Below are positions 15,001 to 30,751 of a stretch of DNA of 64,000 nt, piece by piece. The notes beneath the pieces were generated by a model. That model saw only the letters and a program-made list of their open reading frames with translations, did no database searches and was not told where the DNA came from. Numbering within the stretch: the first letter of the stretch is position 1; every line of letters starts with the position of its first letter. A program made the position numbers and the translations under genes. The DNA comes from Squalus acanthias. Its lineage: Eukaryota. The DNA lies in the NCBI GenBank assembly GCA_030390025.1, contig JASTWF010000337.1, positions 310,001 through 374,000 of the forward strand. The letters are read 5' to 3'.

Positions 15001-18000
15001 TGGACAAGGAGCAGATAACTGGACAAGGAACTGATAATTGGACAAGGAGCAGATAACTTGACAAGGAACTGATAACTGGAGAAGGAGCAGATAACTGGAC
15101 AAGGAACTGATAACTGGACAAGGAGCAGATAACTGGACAAGGAGCAGATAACTAGACACGGAGCAGATAACTGGACAAGGAGCAGATAACTGGACAAGGA
15201 GCAGATAACTAGACACGGAGCAGATAACTGGACAAGGAACTGATAACTGGACAAGGAACTGATAACTGGACATGGAGTAGAAAACTGGACAAGGAACTGA
15301 TAACTGGACAAGGTGCAGATAACAGGAAAAGGAACTGATAACTGGACAAGGAGCAGATAACTGGACAAGGAGCAGATAACAGGGCAAGGAACTGATAACT
15401 GGACAAGGAACTGATAACTGGACAAGGAACTGATAACTGGACAAGGAACTGATAACTGGACAAGGAACTGATAACTGGACAATGAGCAGATAATTGGACA
15501 AGGAGCAGATAACTTGACAAGGAGCAGATAAATGGACAAGGAGCAGATAACTGGACAGGAAACTGATAACTGGACAAGGAGCAGATAACTGGACAGGAAA
15601 CTGATAACTGGACAAGGAACTGATAATTGGACAGGGAGCAGTTAACTGGACAAGGAACTGATAACTGGACAGGGAGCAGATAACTGGACAAGGAGCAGAT
15701 AACTGGACAAGGAGCAGATAACTGGACAAGGAGCAGATAACTGGACAAGGAGCAGATAACTGGACAAGGAGCAGATAACTGGAGTGGAAACTGATAACTG
15801 GACAAGGAGCAGATAACTGGAAAAGGAGCAGATAACTGGACAAGGAGCAGATAACTGGACAAGGAGCAGATAACTGGATAGGAAACAGATAACTGGACAA
15901 GGAACTGATAACTAGACACGGAGCAGATAACTAGACACGGAGCAGATAACTGGACAAGGAACTGATAACTGGACAAGGCACTGATAACTGGACAAGGAAC
16001 TGATAACTGGACAAGGAACTGATAACTGGACAGGGGCAGATAACAGGACAAGGAACTGATAACTGGACAAGGAGCAGATAACTGGACAAGGAGCAGATAA
16101 CTGGACAGGAAACTGATAACTGGACAAGGAGCAGATTACTGGACAAGGAGCAGATAACTGGACAAGGAGCAGATAACTGGACAAGGAGCAGATAACTGGA
16201 TAGGAAACAGATAACTGGACAAGGAACTGATAACTGGAAAAGGAACTGATAACTGGACAAGGAACTGATAACTGGACAAGGAACTGATAATTGGACAAGG
16301 AACTGATAACTGGACAAAGAACTGATAACTGGACAAGGATCAGATAACTGGACAAGGAACTGATAACTGGACAAATACTGATAACTGGACAAGGAACTGA
16401 TTACTGGAGATTGAACTGATAACTGGACAGTGAACTGATAACTGGACAAGGAACTGATAAGTGGACAAGGAACTGATAACTGGTCAAGGAACTGATAACT
16501 GGACAAGGAACTGAAAACTGGACAAGGAGCAGATAACTGGACAAGGAGCAGATAACTGGACAGGCAACTGATAACTGGACAAGGAACAGATAATTGGACA
16601 GGGAGCAGATAACTGGACAAGGAGCAGATAACTGGACAAAAAAAAAGATAACTGGACAAAAAAAAGATAACTGGACAAGGAGCAGATAACTGGACAAGGA
16701 GCAGATAACTGGACGAGGAGCAGATAACTGGACAAGGAGCAGATAACTGGACAAAAAAAAAGATAACTGGACAAAAAAAAGATAACTGGACGAGGAGCAG
16801 ATAACTGGACAAAAAAAAAGATAACTGGACAAAAAAAAGATAACTGGACGAGGAGCAGATAACTGGACGAGGAGCAGATAACTGGACAAGGAGCAGATAA
16901 CTGGACAAGGAGCAGATAACTGGACACGGAGCAGATAACTGGACACGGAGCAGATAACTGGAAAAGGAACAGATAACTGGACAAGGAGCAGATAACTGGA
17001 CAAGGAGCAGATAACTGGACAAGGAGCAGATAACTGGACAAGGAGCAGATAACTGGACAAGGAGCAGATAACTAGACACGGAGCAGATAACTAGACACGG
17101 AGCAGATAACTGGACACGGAGCAGATAACTGGACACGGAGCAGATAACTGGACACGGAGCAGATAACTGGACACGGAGCAGATAACTGGACACGGAGCAG
17201 ATAACTGGACAAGGAGCAGATAACTAGACACGGAGCAGATAACTGGACACGGAGCAGATAACTGGACACGGAGCAGATAACTGGACACGGAGCAGATAAC
17301 TGGACACGGAGCAGATAACTGGACACGGAGCAGATAACTGGACACGGAGCAGATAACTGGACACGGAGCAGATAACTGGACAAGGAGCAGATAACTGGAC
17401 AAGGAGCAGATAACTGGAAAAGGAGCAGATAACTGGACACGGAGCAGATAACTGGACACGGAGCAGATAACTGGACACGGAGCAGATAACTGGACACGGA
17501 GCAGATAACTGGACACGGAGCAGATAACTGGACAAGGAGCAGATAACTGGACAAGGAACTGATAACTGGACAAGGAGCTGATAACTGGACAAGGAACTGA
17601 TAACTGGACAAGGAACTGATAACTGGACAAGGAACTGATAACTGGACATGGAGTAGAAAACTGGACAAGGAACTGATAACTGGACAAGGAGCAGATAACT
17701 GGAGAAGGAACTGATTACTGGAGATTGAACTGATAACTGGACAGTGAACTGATAACTGGACAAGGAACTGATAACTGGACAAGGAACTGATAACTGGACA
17801 AGGAGCAGATAACTGAACAAGGAACTGATAACTGGAAAAGGAGCAGATTACGGGAGAAGGAACTCATAACTGGACAAGGAGTAGATTACTGGACAAGGAA
17901 CTGATCACTGGACAAGGAGCAGATAATTGGACAAGGAGCAGATAACTGGACAAGGAGCAGATAACTGGACAAGGAGCAGATAACTGGACAGGAAACTGAT

Positions 18001-21000
18001 AACTGGACAAGGAACTGATAATTGGACAGGGAGCAGTTAACTGGACAAGGAACTGATAACTGGACAGGGAGCAGATTACTGGACAAGGAGCAGATAACTG
18101 GACAATGAGCAGATAACTGGACAAGGAGCAGATAACTGGACAAGGAGCAGATAACTGGACAAGGAGCAGATAACTGGACACGGAGCAGATAATTGGACAC
18201 GGAGCAGATAACTGGAAAAGGAGCAGATAACTGGACAAGGAGCAGATAACTGGAGTGGAAACTGATAACTGGACAAGGAGCAGATAACTGGACAAGGAGC
18301 AGATAACTGGACACGGAGCAGATAACTGGACAAGGAACTGATAACTGGACAAGGCACTGATAACTGGACAAGGAGCAGATAACTGGACAAGGAGCAGATA
18401 ACTGGACAAGGAGCAGATAACTGGACAAGGAACTGATAACTGGACAAGGAACTGATAACTGGACAAGGAGCAGATAACAGGACAAGGAACTGATAACTGG
18501 ACAAGGAGCAGATAACTGGACAAGGAGCAGATAACTGGACAGGAAACTGATAACTGGACAAGGAGCAGATTACTGGACAAGGAGCAGATAACTGGACAAG
18601 GAACTGATAACTGGACAAGGAACTGATAACTGGACAAGGAACTGATAACTGGACAAGGAGCAGATAACTGGATAGGAAACTGATAACTGGACAAGGAACT
18701 GATAACTGGACAAGAACTGATAACTGGACAAGGAACTGATAACTGGACAAGGAACTGATAACTGGACAAGGAACTGATAACTGGACAAGAACTGATAACT
18801 GGACAAGGAACTGATAACTGGACAAGGAACTGATAACTGGACAAGGAACTGATAACTGGACAAGGAACTGATAACTGGACAAGGTACTGATAACTGGACA
18901 CGGAGCAGATAACTGGACAAGGAGCAGATAACTGGACAAGGAACTGATAACTGGACAAGGAGCAGATAACTGGACAAGGAACTGATAACTGGACAAGGAA
19001 CTGATAACTGGACAAGGAACTGATAACTGGACAAGGAACTGATAACTGGACAAGGAGCAAAAAACTGGACAGGGAACTGATAACTGGACAAGGAACTGAT
19101 AACTGGACAAGGAACTGAAAACTGGACAGGGAACTGATAACTGGACAAGGAACTGATAACTGGACAAGGAGCAAAAAACTGGACAGGGAACTGATAACTG
19201 GACAAGGAACTGATAACTGGACAAGGAACTGAAAACTGGACAGGGAACTGATAACTGGACAAGGAGCAGATAACTGGACATGGAGCAGATAACTGGACAA
19301 GGAGCAGATAACTGGACAAGGAACTGATAACTGGACAAGGAACTGATAACTGGACAAGGAGCAAAAAACTGGACAGGGAACTGATAACTGGACAAGGAGC
19401 AGATAACTGGACATGGAGCAGATAACTGGACAAGGAACTGATAACTGGACAAGGAACTGATAACTGGACAAGGAACTGATAACTGGACAAGGAGCAAAAA
19501 ACTGGACAGGGAACTGATAACTGGACAAGGAGCAGATAACTGGACATGGAGCAGATAACTGGACAAGGAGCAGATAACTGGACAAGGAGCAGATAACTGG
19601 ACAGGAAACTGATAACTGCACAAGGAACTGATAATTGGACAGGGAGCAGATAACTGGACAAGGAGCAGATAACTGGACAAGGAGCAGATAACTGGACAAG
19701 GAGCAGATAACTGGACAAGGAGCAGATAACTGGACAAGGAGCAGATAACTGGACAAGGAGCAGATAACTGGACAAGGAGCAGATAATTAGACACAGAGCA
19801 GATTACTGGACACGGAGCAGATAACTGGAAAAGGAACAGATAACTGGACAAGGAGCAGATAACTGGACAAGGAGCAGATAACTGGACAAGGAGCAGATAA
19901 CTGGACAGGAAACTGATAACTGGACAAGGAGCAGATAACTGGACAAGGAGCAGATAACTGGAGAGGAAACTGATAACTGGACAAGGAGCAGATAACTGGA
20001 CAAGGAGCAGATAACTGGACAAGGAACTGATAACTGGACATGGAGTAGAAAACTGGACAAGGAACTGATAACTGGACAAGGTGCAGATAACAGGAAAAGG
20101 AACTGATAACTGGACAAGGAGCAGATAACTGGACAAGGAGCAGATAACAGGGCAAGGAACTGATAACTGGACAAGGAGCAGATAACTGGACAAGGAACTG
20201 ATAACTGGACAAGGAACTGATAATTGGACAAGGAGCAGATAACTTGACAAGGAACTGATAACTGGACAAGGAGCAGATGACTGGAGAAGGAGCAGATAAC
20301 TGGAAAAGGAGCAGATAACTGGACAAGGAGCAGATAAATGGACAAGGAACTGATAACTGGACAAGGAACTGATAACTGGACAAGGAACTGATAACTGGAC
20401 AAGGAACTGATAACTGGACAAGGAACTGATAACTGGACAAGGAACTGATAACTGGACAATGAGCAGATAACTGGACAAGGAGCAGATAACTGGACAAGGA
20501 GCAGATAACTGGACAAGGAGCAGATAACTGGACAAGGAGCAGATAACTGGACAAGGAGCAGATAACTGGACAAGGAGCAGATAACTGGACAAGGAGCAGA
20601 TAACTAGACACGGAGCAGATAACTGGACAAGGAACTGATAACTGGACAAGGAACTGATAAGTGGACAAGGAACTGATAAGTGGACAAGGAACTGATAAGT
20701 GGACAAGGAACTGATAACTGGAAAAGGAATTGATAACTGGACAAGGAACTGAAAACTGGACAGGGAACTGATAACTGGACAAGGAGCAGATAACTGGACA
20801 AGGAGCAGATAACTGGACAGGAAACTGATAACTGGACAAGGAACAGATAATTGGACAGGGAGCAGATAACTGGACAAGGAGCAGATAACTGGACAAAAAA
20901 AAGATAACTGGACAAGGAGCAGATAACTGGACGAGGAGCAGATAACTGGACGAGGAGCAGATAACTGGACAAGGAGCAGATAACTAGACACGGAGCAGAT

Positions 21001-24000
21001 AACTGGACACGGAGCAGATAACTGGACACGGAGCAGATAACTGGACACGGAGCAGATAACTGGACACGGAGCAGATAAATGGACACGGAGCAGATAACTG
21101 GACAAGGAGCAGATAACTGGACAAGGAACTGATAACTGGACAAGGAGCTGATAACTGGACAAGGAACTGATACCTGGACAAGGAACTGATAACTGGACAA
21201 GGAACTGATAACTGGACATGGAGTAGAAAACTGGACAAGGAACTGATAACTGGACAAGGAGCAGATAACTGGAGAAGGAACTGATAACTGGACAAATACT
21301 GATAACTGGACAAGGAGCAGATAACGGGACAAGGAGCAGATAACTGGACAAGGAACTGATAACTGGACAGTGAACTGATAACTGGACAAGGAACTGATAA
21401 CTGGACAAGGAACTGATAACTGGACAAGGAACTGATAACTGGACAAGGAACTGATAACTGGAAAAGGAGCAGATTACGGGAGAAGGAACTGATAACTGGA
21501 CAAGGAGTAGATTACTGGACAAGGAACTGATCACTGGACAAGGAGCAGATAATTGGACAAGGAGCAGATAACTGGACAAGGAGCAGATAACTGGACAAGG
21601 AGCAGATAACTGGACAGGAAACTGATAACTGGACAAGGAACTGATAATTGGACAGGGAGCAGTTAACTGGACAAGGAACTGATAACTGGACAGGGAGCAG
21701 ATTACTGGACAAGGAGCAGATAACTGGACAATGAGCAGATAACTGGACAAGGAGCAGATAACTGGACAAGGAGCAGATAACTGGACAAGGAGCAGATAAC
21801 TGGACAAGGAGCAGATAATTGGACACGGAGCAGATAACTGGAAAAGGAGCAGATAACTGGACAAGGAGCAGATAACTGGACAAGGAACTGATAACTGGAC
21901 AAGGAACTGATAACTGGACAAGGAGCAGATAACTGGACAAGGAGCAGATAACTGGACAGGAAACTGATAACTGGACAAGGAGCAGATAACTGGACAAGGA
22001 ACTGATAACTGGACAAGGAACTGATAACTGGACAAGGAGCAGATAACTGGACAAGGAGCAGATAACTGGACAGGAAACTGATAACTGGACAAGGAGCAGA
22101 TAACTGGACAAGGAACTGATAACTGGACATGGAACTGATAACTGGACAAGGAACTGATAACTGGACAAGGAACTGATAACTGGACAAGGAACTGATAACT
22201 GGACAAGGAACTGATAACTGGACAAGGAGCAGATAACTGGACAAGAACTGATAACTGGACAAGGAACTGATAACTGGACAAGGAGCAGATAACTGGACAA
22301 GAACTGATAACTGGACAAGGAACTGATAACTGGACATGGAACTGATAACTGGACAAGGAACTGATAACTGGACAAGGAACTGATAACTGGACAAGGAACT
22401 GATAACTGGACAAGGAACTGATAACTGGACAAGGAGCAGATAACTGGACAAGAACTGATAACTGGACAAGGAACTGATAACTGGACAAGAACTGATAACT
22501 GGACAAGGAACTGATAACTGGACAAGGAACTGATAACTGGACAAGAACTGATAACTGGACAAGGAACTGACAACTGGACAAGGAACTGACAACTGGACAA
22601 GGAACTGCTAACTGGACAAGGAACTGATAACTGGACAAGGAGTAGAAAACTGGACAAGGAGCAGATAACTGGACAAGGAACTGATAACTGGACAAGGAGC
22701 AGATAACAGGACAAGGAACTGATAACTGGACAAGGAACTGATAACTGGACAAGGAGCAAAAAACTGGACTCGGAACTGACAACTGGACAAGGAACTGATA
22801 ACTGGACAAGGAACTGATAACTGGACAAGGAACTGAAAACTGGACAGGGAACTGATAACTGGACAAGGAGCAGATAACTGGACATGGAGCAGATAACTGG
22901 ACAAGGAGCAGATAACAGGACAAGGAACTGATAACTGGACAAGGAACTGATAACTGGACAAGGAACTGATAACTGGACAAGGAGCAAAAAACTGGACTCG
23001 GAACTGATAACTGGACAAGGAACTGATAACTGGACAAGGAACTGATAACTGGACAAGGAACTGAAAACTGGACAGGGAACTGATAACTGGACAAGGAGCA
23101 GATAACTGGACAAGGAGCAGATAACTGGACAGGAAACTGATAACTGCACAAGGAACTGATAATTGGACAGGGAGCAGATAACTGGACAAGGAGCAGATAA
23201 CTGGACAAGGAGCAGATAACTGGACAAGGAGCAGATAACTGGACAAGGAGCAGATAACTGGACAGGAAACTGATAACTGGACAAGGAGCAGATAACTGGA
23301 CAAGGAGCAGATAACTGGACAAGGAGCAGATAACTGGAGAGGAAACTGATAACTGGACAAGGAGCAGATAACTGGACAAGGAGCAGATAACTGGACAAGG
23401 AGCAGATAACTGGACAAGGAGCAGATAACTGGACAAGGAGCAGATAACTGGACAAGGAGCAGATAACTGGACAAGGAGCAGATAACTGGACAAGGAGCAG
23501 ATAACTGGACAAGGAGCAGATAACTAGACACAGAGCAGATAACTAGACACAGAGCAGATTACTGGACAAGGAGCAGATAACTGGACAAGGAGCAGATAAC
23601 TGGACAAGGAGCAGATAACTGGACAGGAAACTGATAACTGGACAAGGAGCAGATAACTGGACAAGGAGCAGATAACTGGACAAGGAGCAGATAACTGGAG
23701 AGGAAACTGATAACTGGACAAGGAGCAGATAACTGGACAAGGAGCAGATAACTAGACACGGAGCAGATAACTGGACAAGGAACTGATAACTGGACAAGGA
23801 ACTGATAACTGGACATGGAGTAGAAAACTGGACAAGGAACTGATAACTGGACAAGGTGCAGATAACAGGAAAAGGAACTGATAACTGGACAAGGAGCAGA
23901 TAACTGGACAGGAAACTGATAACTGGACAGGGAGCAGATAACCGGACAAGGAACTGATAACTGGACAAGGAACTGATAATTGGACAAGGAGCAGATAACT

Positions 24001-27000
24001 TGACAAGGAACTGATAACTGGAGAAGGAGCAGATAACTGGAAAAGGAGCAGATAAATGGACAAGGAACTGATAACTGGACAAGGAACTGATAACTGGACA
24101 AGGAACTGATAAGTGGACAAGGAACTGATAAGTGGACAAGGAACTGATAACTGGAAAAGGAATTGATAACTGGACAAGGAACTGAAAACTGGACAGGGAA
24201 CTGATAACTGGACAAGGAGCAGATAACTGGACAAGGAGCAGATAACTGGACAGGAAACTGATAACTGGACAAGGAACAGATAATTGGACAGGGAGCAGAT
24301 AACTGGACAAGGAGCAGATAACTGGACAAAAAAAAGATAACTGGACAAGGAGCAGATAACTGGACGAGGAGCAGATAACTGGACAAGGAGCAGATAACTA
24401 GACACGGAGCAGATAACTGGACACGGAGCAGATAACTGGAAAAGGAACAGATAACTGGACAAGGAGCAGATAACTGGACAAGGAGCAGATAACTGGACAG
24501 GAAACTGATAACTGGACAAGGAGCAGATAACTGGACAAGGAGCAGATAACTGGAGAGGAAACTGATAACTGGACAATGAGCAGATAACTGGACAAGGAGC
24601 AGATAACTAGACACGGAGCAGATAACTGGACACGGAGCAGATAACTGGACACGGAGCAGATAACTGGACACGGAGCAGATAACTGGACACGGAGCAGATA
24701 ACTGGACACGGAGCAGATAACTGGACACGGAGCAGATAACTGGACACGGAGCAGATAACTGGACACGGAGCAGATAACTGGACACGGAGCAGATAACTGG
24801 ACACGGAGCAGATAACTGGACACGGAGCAGATAACTGGACACGGAGCAGATAACTGGACACGGAGCAGATAACTGGACACGGAGCAGATAACTGGACACG
24901 GAGCAGATAACTGGACACGGAGCAGATAACTGGACACGGAGCAGATAACTGGACACGGAGCAGATAACTGGACACGGAGCAGATAACTGGACACGGAGCA
25001 GATAACTGGACACGGAGCAGATAACTGGACACGGAGCAGATAACTGGACACGGAGCAGATAACTGGACACGGAGCAGATAACTGGACACGGAGCAGATAA
25101 CTGGACACGGAGCAGATAACTGGACACGGAGCAGATAACTGGACACGGAGCAGATAACTGGACACGGAGCAGATAACTGGACACGGAGCAGATAACTGGA
25201 CACGGAGCAGATAACTGGACACGGAGCAGATAACTGGACACGGAGCAGATAACTGGACACGGAGCAGATAACTGGACACGGAGCAGATAACTGGACACGG
25301 AGGAGATAACTGGACAGGGAGCAGATAACTAGACACGGAGCAGATAACTGGACACGGAGCAGATAACTGGACACGGAGCAGATAACTGGACACGGAGCAG
25401 ATAACTGGACACGGAGCAGATAACTGGACACGGAGCAGATAACTGGACACGGAGCAGATAACTGGACAAGGAGCTGATAACTGGACAAGGAACTGATAAC
25501 TGGACAAGGAACTGATAACTGGACAAGGAGCTGATAACTGGACAGGGAGCTGATAACTGGACAGGAACTGATAACTGAACAAGGCACTGATAACTGGACA
25601 ATGAGCAGATAACTGGACAAGGAGCAGATAACTGGACAGGAAACGGATAACTGGACAAGGAGTAGATTACTGGACAAGGAGCAGATAACGGGACAAGGAG
25701 CAGATAACTGGACAAGGAACTGATAACTGGACAAGGAACAGATAACTGGACAAGGAGCAGATAACTGGAGAAGGAACTGATAACTGGACAAATACTGATA
25801 ACTGGACAAGGAACTGATAAGTGGACAAGGAACTGATAACTGGTCAAGGAACTGATAACTGGACAAGGAACTGAAAACTGGACAAGGAGCAGATAACTGG
25901 ACAAGGAGCAGATAACTGGACAAGGAGCAGATAACTGGACAAGGAGCAGATAACTGGAGAGGAAACTGATAACTGGACAAGGAGCAGATAACTGGACAAG
26001 GAGCAGATAACTAGACACGGAGCAGATAACTGGACATGGAGCAGATAACTGGACACGGAGCAGATAACTGGACACGGAGCAGATAACTGGACAAGGAGCA
26101 GATAACTAGACACAGAGCAGATAACTGGACACGGAGCAGATAACTGGACACGGAGCAGATAACTGGACACGGAGCAGATAACTGGACAGGGAGCAGATAA
26201 CTGGACAGGGAGCAGATAACTGGACAGGGAGCAGATAACTGGACAGGGAGCAGATAACTGGACAGGGAGCAGATAACTGGACACGGAGCAGATAACTGGA
26301 CACGGAGCAGATAACTGGACACGGAGCAGATAACTGAACACGGAGCAGATAACTGGACACGGAGCAGATATTTGGACACGGAGCAGATAACTGGACAAGG
26401 AACTGATAACTGGACAAGGAACTGATAACTGGACAAGGAACTGATAACTGGACAAGGAACTGATAACTGGACAAGGAACTGATAACTGGACATGGAGTAG
26501 AAAACTGGACAAGGAACTGATAACTGGACAAGGAGCAGATAACTGGAGAAGGAACTGATAACTGGACAAATACTGATAACTGGACAAGGAGCAGATTACT
26601 GGACAAGGAGCAGATAACGGGACAAGGAGCAGATAACTGGACAAGGAACTGTTAACTGGACAAGGAACTGATAACTGGACAAGGAACAGATAACTGGAGA
26701 AGGAACTGATAACTGGAGAAGGAACTGATAACTGGACATGGAGTAGAAAACTGGACAAGGAACTGATTACTGGAGATTGAACTGATAACTGGACAGTGAA
26801 CTGATAACTGGACAAGGAACTGATAACTGGACAGTCAACTGATAACTGGACAAGGAGCAGATAACTGAACAAGGAACTGATAACTGGAAAAGGAGCAGAT
26901 TACGGGAGAAGGAACTGATAACTGGACAAGGAGTAGATTACTGGACAAGGAACTGATCACTGGACAAGGAGCAGATAATTGGACAAGGAGCAGATAACTG

Positions 27001-30000
27001 GACAAGGAGCAGATAACTGGACAAGGCGCAGATAACTGGACAAGGAGCAGATAACTGGACAAGGAGCAGATAACTGGACAGGAAACTGATAACTGGACAA
27101 GGAACTGATAATTGGACAGGGAGCAGTTAACTGGACAAGGAACTGATAACTGGACAGGGAGCAGATTACTGGACAAGGAGCAGATAACTGGACAATGAGC
27201 AGATAACTGGACAAGGAGCAGATAACTGGACAAGGAGCAGATAACTGGACAAGGAGCAGATAACTGGACAAGGAGCAGATAACTGGACACGGAGCAGATA
27301 ATTGGACACGGAGCAGATAACTGGAAAAGGAGCAGATAACTGGACAAGGAGCAGATAACTGGACAAGGAGCAGATAACTGGACAAGGAGCAGATAACTGG
27401 ACAAGGAACTGATAACTGGACAAGGAGCAGATAACTGGACAAGGAACTGATAACTGGACAAGGAGCAGATAACTGGACAAGGAGCAGATAACTGGACAAG
27501 GAGCAGATAACTGGACAAGGAACTGATAACTGGACAAGGAGCAGATAACAGGACAAGGAACTGATAACTGGACAAGGAGCAGATAACTGGACAAGGAGCA
27601 GATAACTGGAGTGGAAACTGATAACTGGACAAGGAGCAGATAACTGGACAAGGAGCAGATAACTAGACACGGAGCAGATAACTGGACAAGGAACTGATAA
27701 CTGGACAAGGCACTGATAACTGGACAAGGAGCAGATAACTGGACAAGGAGCAGATAACTGGACAAGGAGCAGATAACTGGACAAGGAACTGATAACTGGA
27801 CAAGGAACTGATAACTGGACAAGGAGCAGATAAGAGGACAAGGAACTGATAACTGGACAAGGAGCAGATAACTGGACAAGGAGCAGATAACTGGACAGGA
27901 AACTGATAACTGGACAAGGAGCAGATTACTGGACAAGGAGCAGATAACTGGACAAGGAGCAGATAACTGGACAAGGAGCAGATAACTGGACAAGGAACTG
28001 ATAACTGGACAAGGAACTGATAACTGGACAAGGAACTGATAACTGGACAAGGAACTGATAACTGGACAAGGAACTGATAACTGGACAAGGAACTGATAAC
28101 TGGACAAGGAACTGATAACTGGACAAGGAACTGATAACTGGACAAGGCGCTGATAACTGGACAAGGAGCAAAAAACTGGACTCGGAACTGATAACTGGAC
28201 AAGGAACTGATAACTGGACAAAGATCTGATAACTGGACAAGGAGCAGATAACTGGACAAGGAACTGATAACTGGACAAATACTGATAACTGGACAAGGAA
28301 CTGATAACTGGACAAGGAGCAAAAAACTGGACTCGGAACTGATAACTGGACAAGGAACTGATAACTGGACAAAGATCTGATAACTGGACAAGGAGCAGAT
28401 AACTGGACAAGGAACTGATAACTGGACAAATACTGATAACTGGACAAGGAACTGATTACTGGAGATTGAACTGATAACTGGACAGTGAACTGATAACTGG
28501 ACAAGGAACTGATAACTGGACAAGGAACTGATAACTGGAAAAGGAACTGATAACTGGACAAGGAACTGATAACTGGAAAAGGAGCAGATTACGGGACAAG
28601 GAACTGATAACTGGACAAGGAGTAGATTACTGGACAAGGAACTGATCACTGGACAAGGAGCAGATAATTGGACAAGGAACTCATAACTGAACAGGTAGCA
28701 GATAACTTGTCAAGGATCAGATAACTGGACAAGGAACTGATAACTGGACAAGGAGCAGATAACTGGACAAGGAACTGATAACTGGACAAGGAACTGATAA
28801 CTGGACAAGGAACTGATAACTGGACAAGGAACTGATAACTGGACAAGGAACTGATAACTGGACTAGGAACTGATAACTGGACTAGGAACTGATAACTGGA
28901 CTAGGAACTGATAACTGGACAAGGAACTGATAACTGGACAAGGAACTGATAACTGGACAAGGAACTGATAACTGGACAAGGAACTGATAACTGGACAAGG
29001 AACTAATAACTGGACAAGGAACTGATAACTGGACAAGGAACTGATAACTGGACAAGGAACTGATAACTGGACAAGGAACTGATAACTGGACAAGGAACTG
29101 ATAACTGGACAAGGAACTGATAACTGGACAAGGAACTGATAACTGGACAAGGAACTGATAACTGGACAAGGAACTGATAACTGGACAAGGAGCTGATAAC
29201 TGGACAAGGAGCTGATAACTGAACAAGGAGCAGATAACTGGACAAGGAGCAGATAACAGGACAAGGAACTGATAACTGGACAAGGAACTGATAACTGGAC
29301 AAGGAACTGATAACTGGACAAGGAACTGATAACTGGACAAGGAGCAAAAAACTGGACTCGGAACTGATAACTGGACAAGGAACTGATAACTGGACAAAGA
29401 ACTGATAACTGGACAAGGAGCAGATAACTGGACAAGGAACTGATAACTGGACAAATACTGATAACTGGACAAGGAACTGATTACTGGAGATTGAACTGAT
29501 AACTGGACAGTGAACTGATAACTGGACAAGGAACTGATAACTGGACAAGGAACTGATAACTGGAAAAGGAACTGATAACTGGACACGGAACTGATAACTG
29601 GAAAAGGAGCAGATTACGGGACAAGGAACTGATAACTGGACAAGGAGTAGATTACTGGACAAGGAACTGATCACTGGACAAGGAGCAGATAATTGGACAA
29701 GGAACTCATAACTGAACAGGTAGCAGATAACTTGTCAAGGATCAGATAACTGGACAAGGAACTGATAACTGGACAAGGAGCAGAGAACTGGACAAGGAAC
29801 TGATAACTGGACAAGGAACTGATAACTGGACAAGGAACTGATAACTGGACAAGGAACTGATAACTGGACAAGGAACTGATAACTGGACAAGGAACTGATA
29901 ACTGGACTAGGAACTGATAACTGGACTAGGAACTGATAACTGGACTAGGAACTGATAACTGGACAAGGAACTGATAACTGGACAAGGAACTGATAACTGG

Positions 30001-30118
30001 ACAAGGAACTGATAACTGGACAAGGAACTGATAACTGGACAAGGAGCAGATAACTGGACAAGGAGCAGATAACTGGACAAGGAGCAGATAACTGGACAAG
30101 GAACTGATAACTGGACAA
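1..30118. repeat. 19-bp satellite array, about 1,580 units; main variants GGACAAGGAACTGATAACT and GGACAAGGAGCAGATAACT; continues past the left edge
   Basis: Continuous 19-bp periodicity read directly, with rare 18/20-bp units; ends abruptly at ...CTGGACAAAA near 30118. Confidence 0.99.
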
Positions 30119-30751
30119 AACAGTTTATGATTTTTAACACCTCCTTTAACTCTCCCTTTTACCTTCACTGCTCTAAAGAGAACAACTTCGAGGTGCTGAG
30201 ACTAACGGCACCTGCTGCAGCAGGAGGGAGCGAGTCACTGAATTGCCTGATGTTCATCTTGCTGATGTGCTGTGGTGAAGGCCTCGCTCACGGGGAAGGC
30301 CCCGCTCTGACAGTTTATGCAGGCCCCTCATTTGACATCTGAATGCTGGACGCTCAGGTACCCCTGCATTAAGTGTTTGAACACTTTCTGTCCCTCACTG
30401 CAATTTAATTTGTACAGACCCACCCATGTGGGCAGGTGCATGGGAGGTGGGGTGTGGGGAGGGCCAGGGGAGGTAAGCACAGGACAGCGCTAATATCCAT
30501 CAGTTTAAGACAAACAAACAGCAATGGATCCTCATCATCCCAAACTCATTTGCAAACTTTTCAATTCAAACTGTGTTAGAATTCTAATGGTAATGTTCAC
30601 TTCTCAGTGACCTCATCAGCATTTAAACCTAAATATTCGGAAATCACAGAAATGCAAAAATATGCAGTTACATTTTAAATGAGTCTTTCTCAACATTTGA
30701 TTTCAAATTTCAAGAGTTCCTCTTTGAACAACTGCAATTCAAAAGTGTGTC

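Noticed and set aside
1310..30168. Dozens of long minus-strand ORFs (up to 1805 aa)
   Set aside because: The 19-bp unit has no stop on the minus strand, so all three frames give the same 19-aa periodic peptide; most starts are TTG/GTG shown as M; no evidence of coding.
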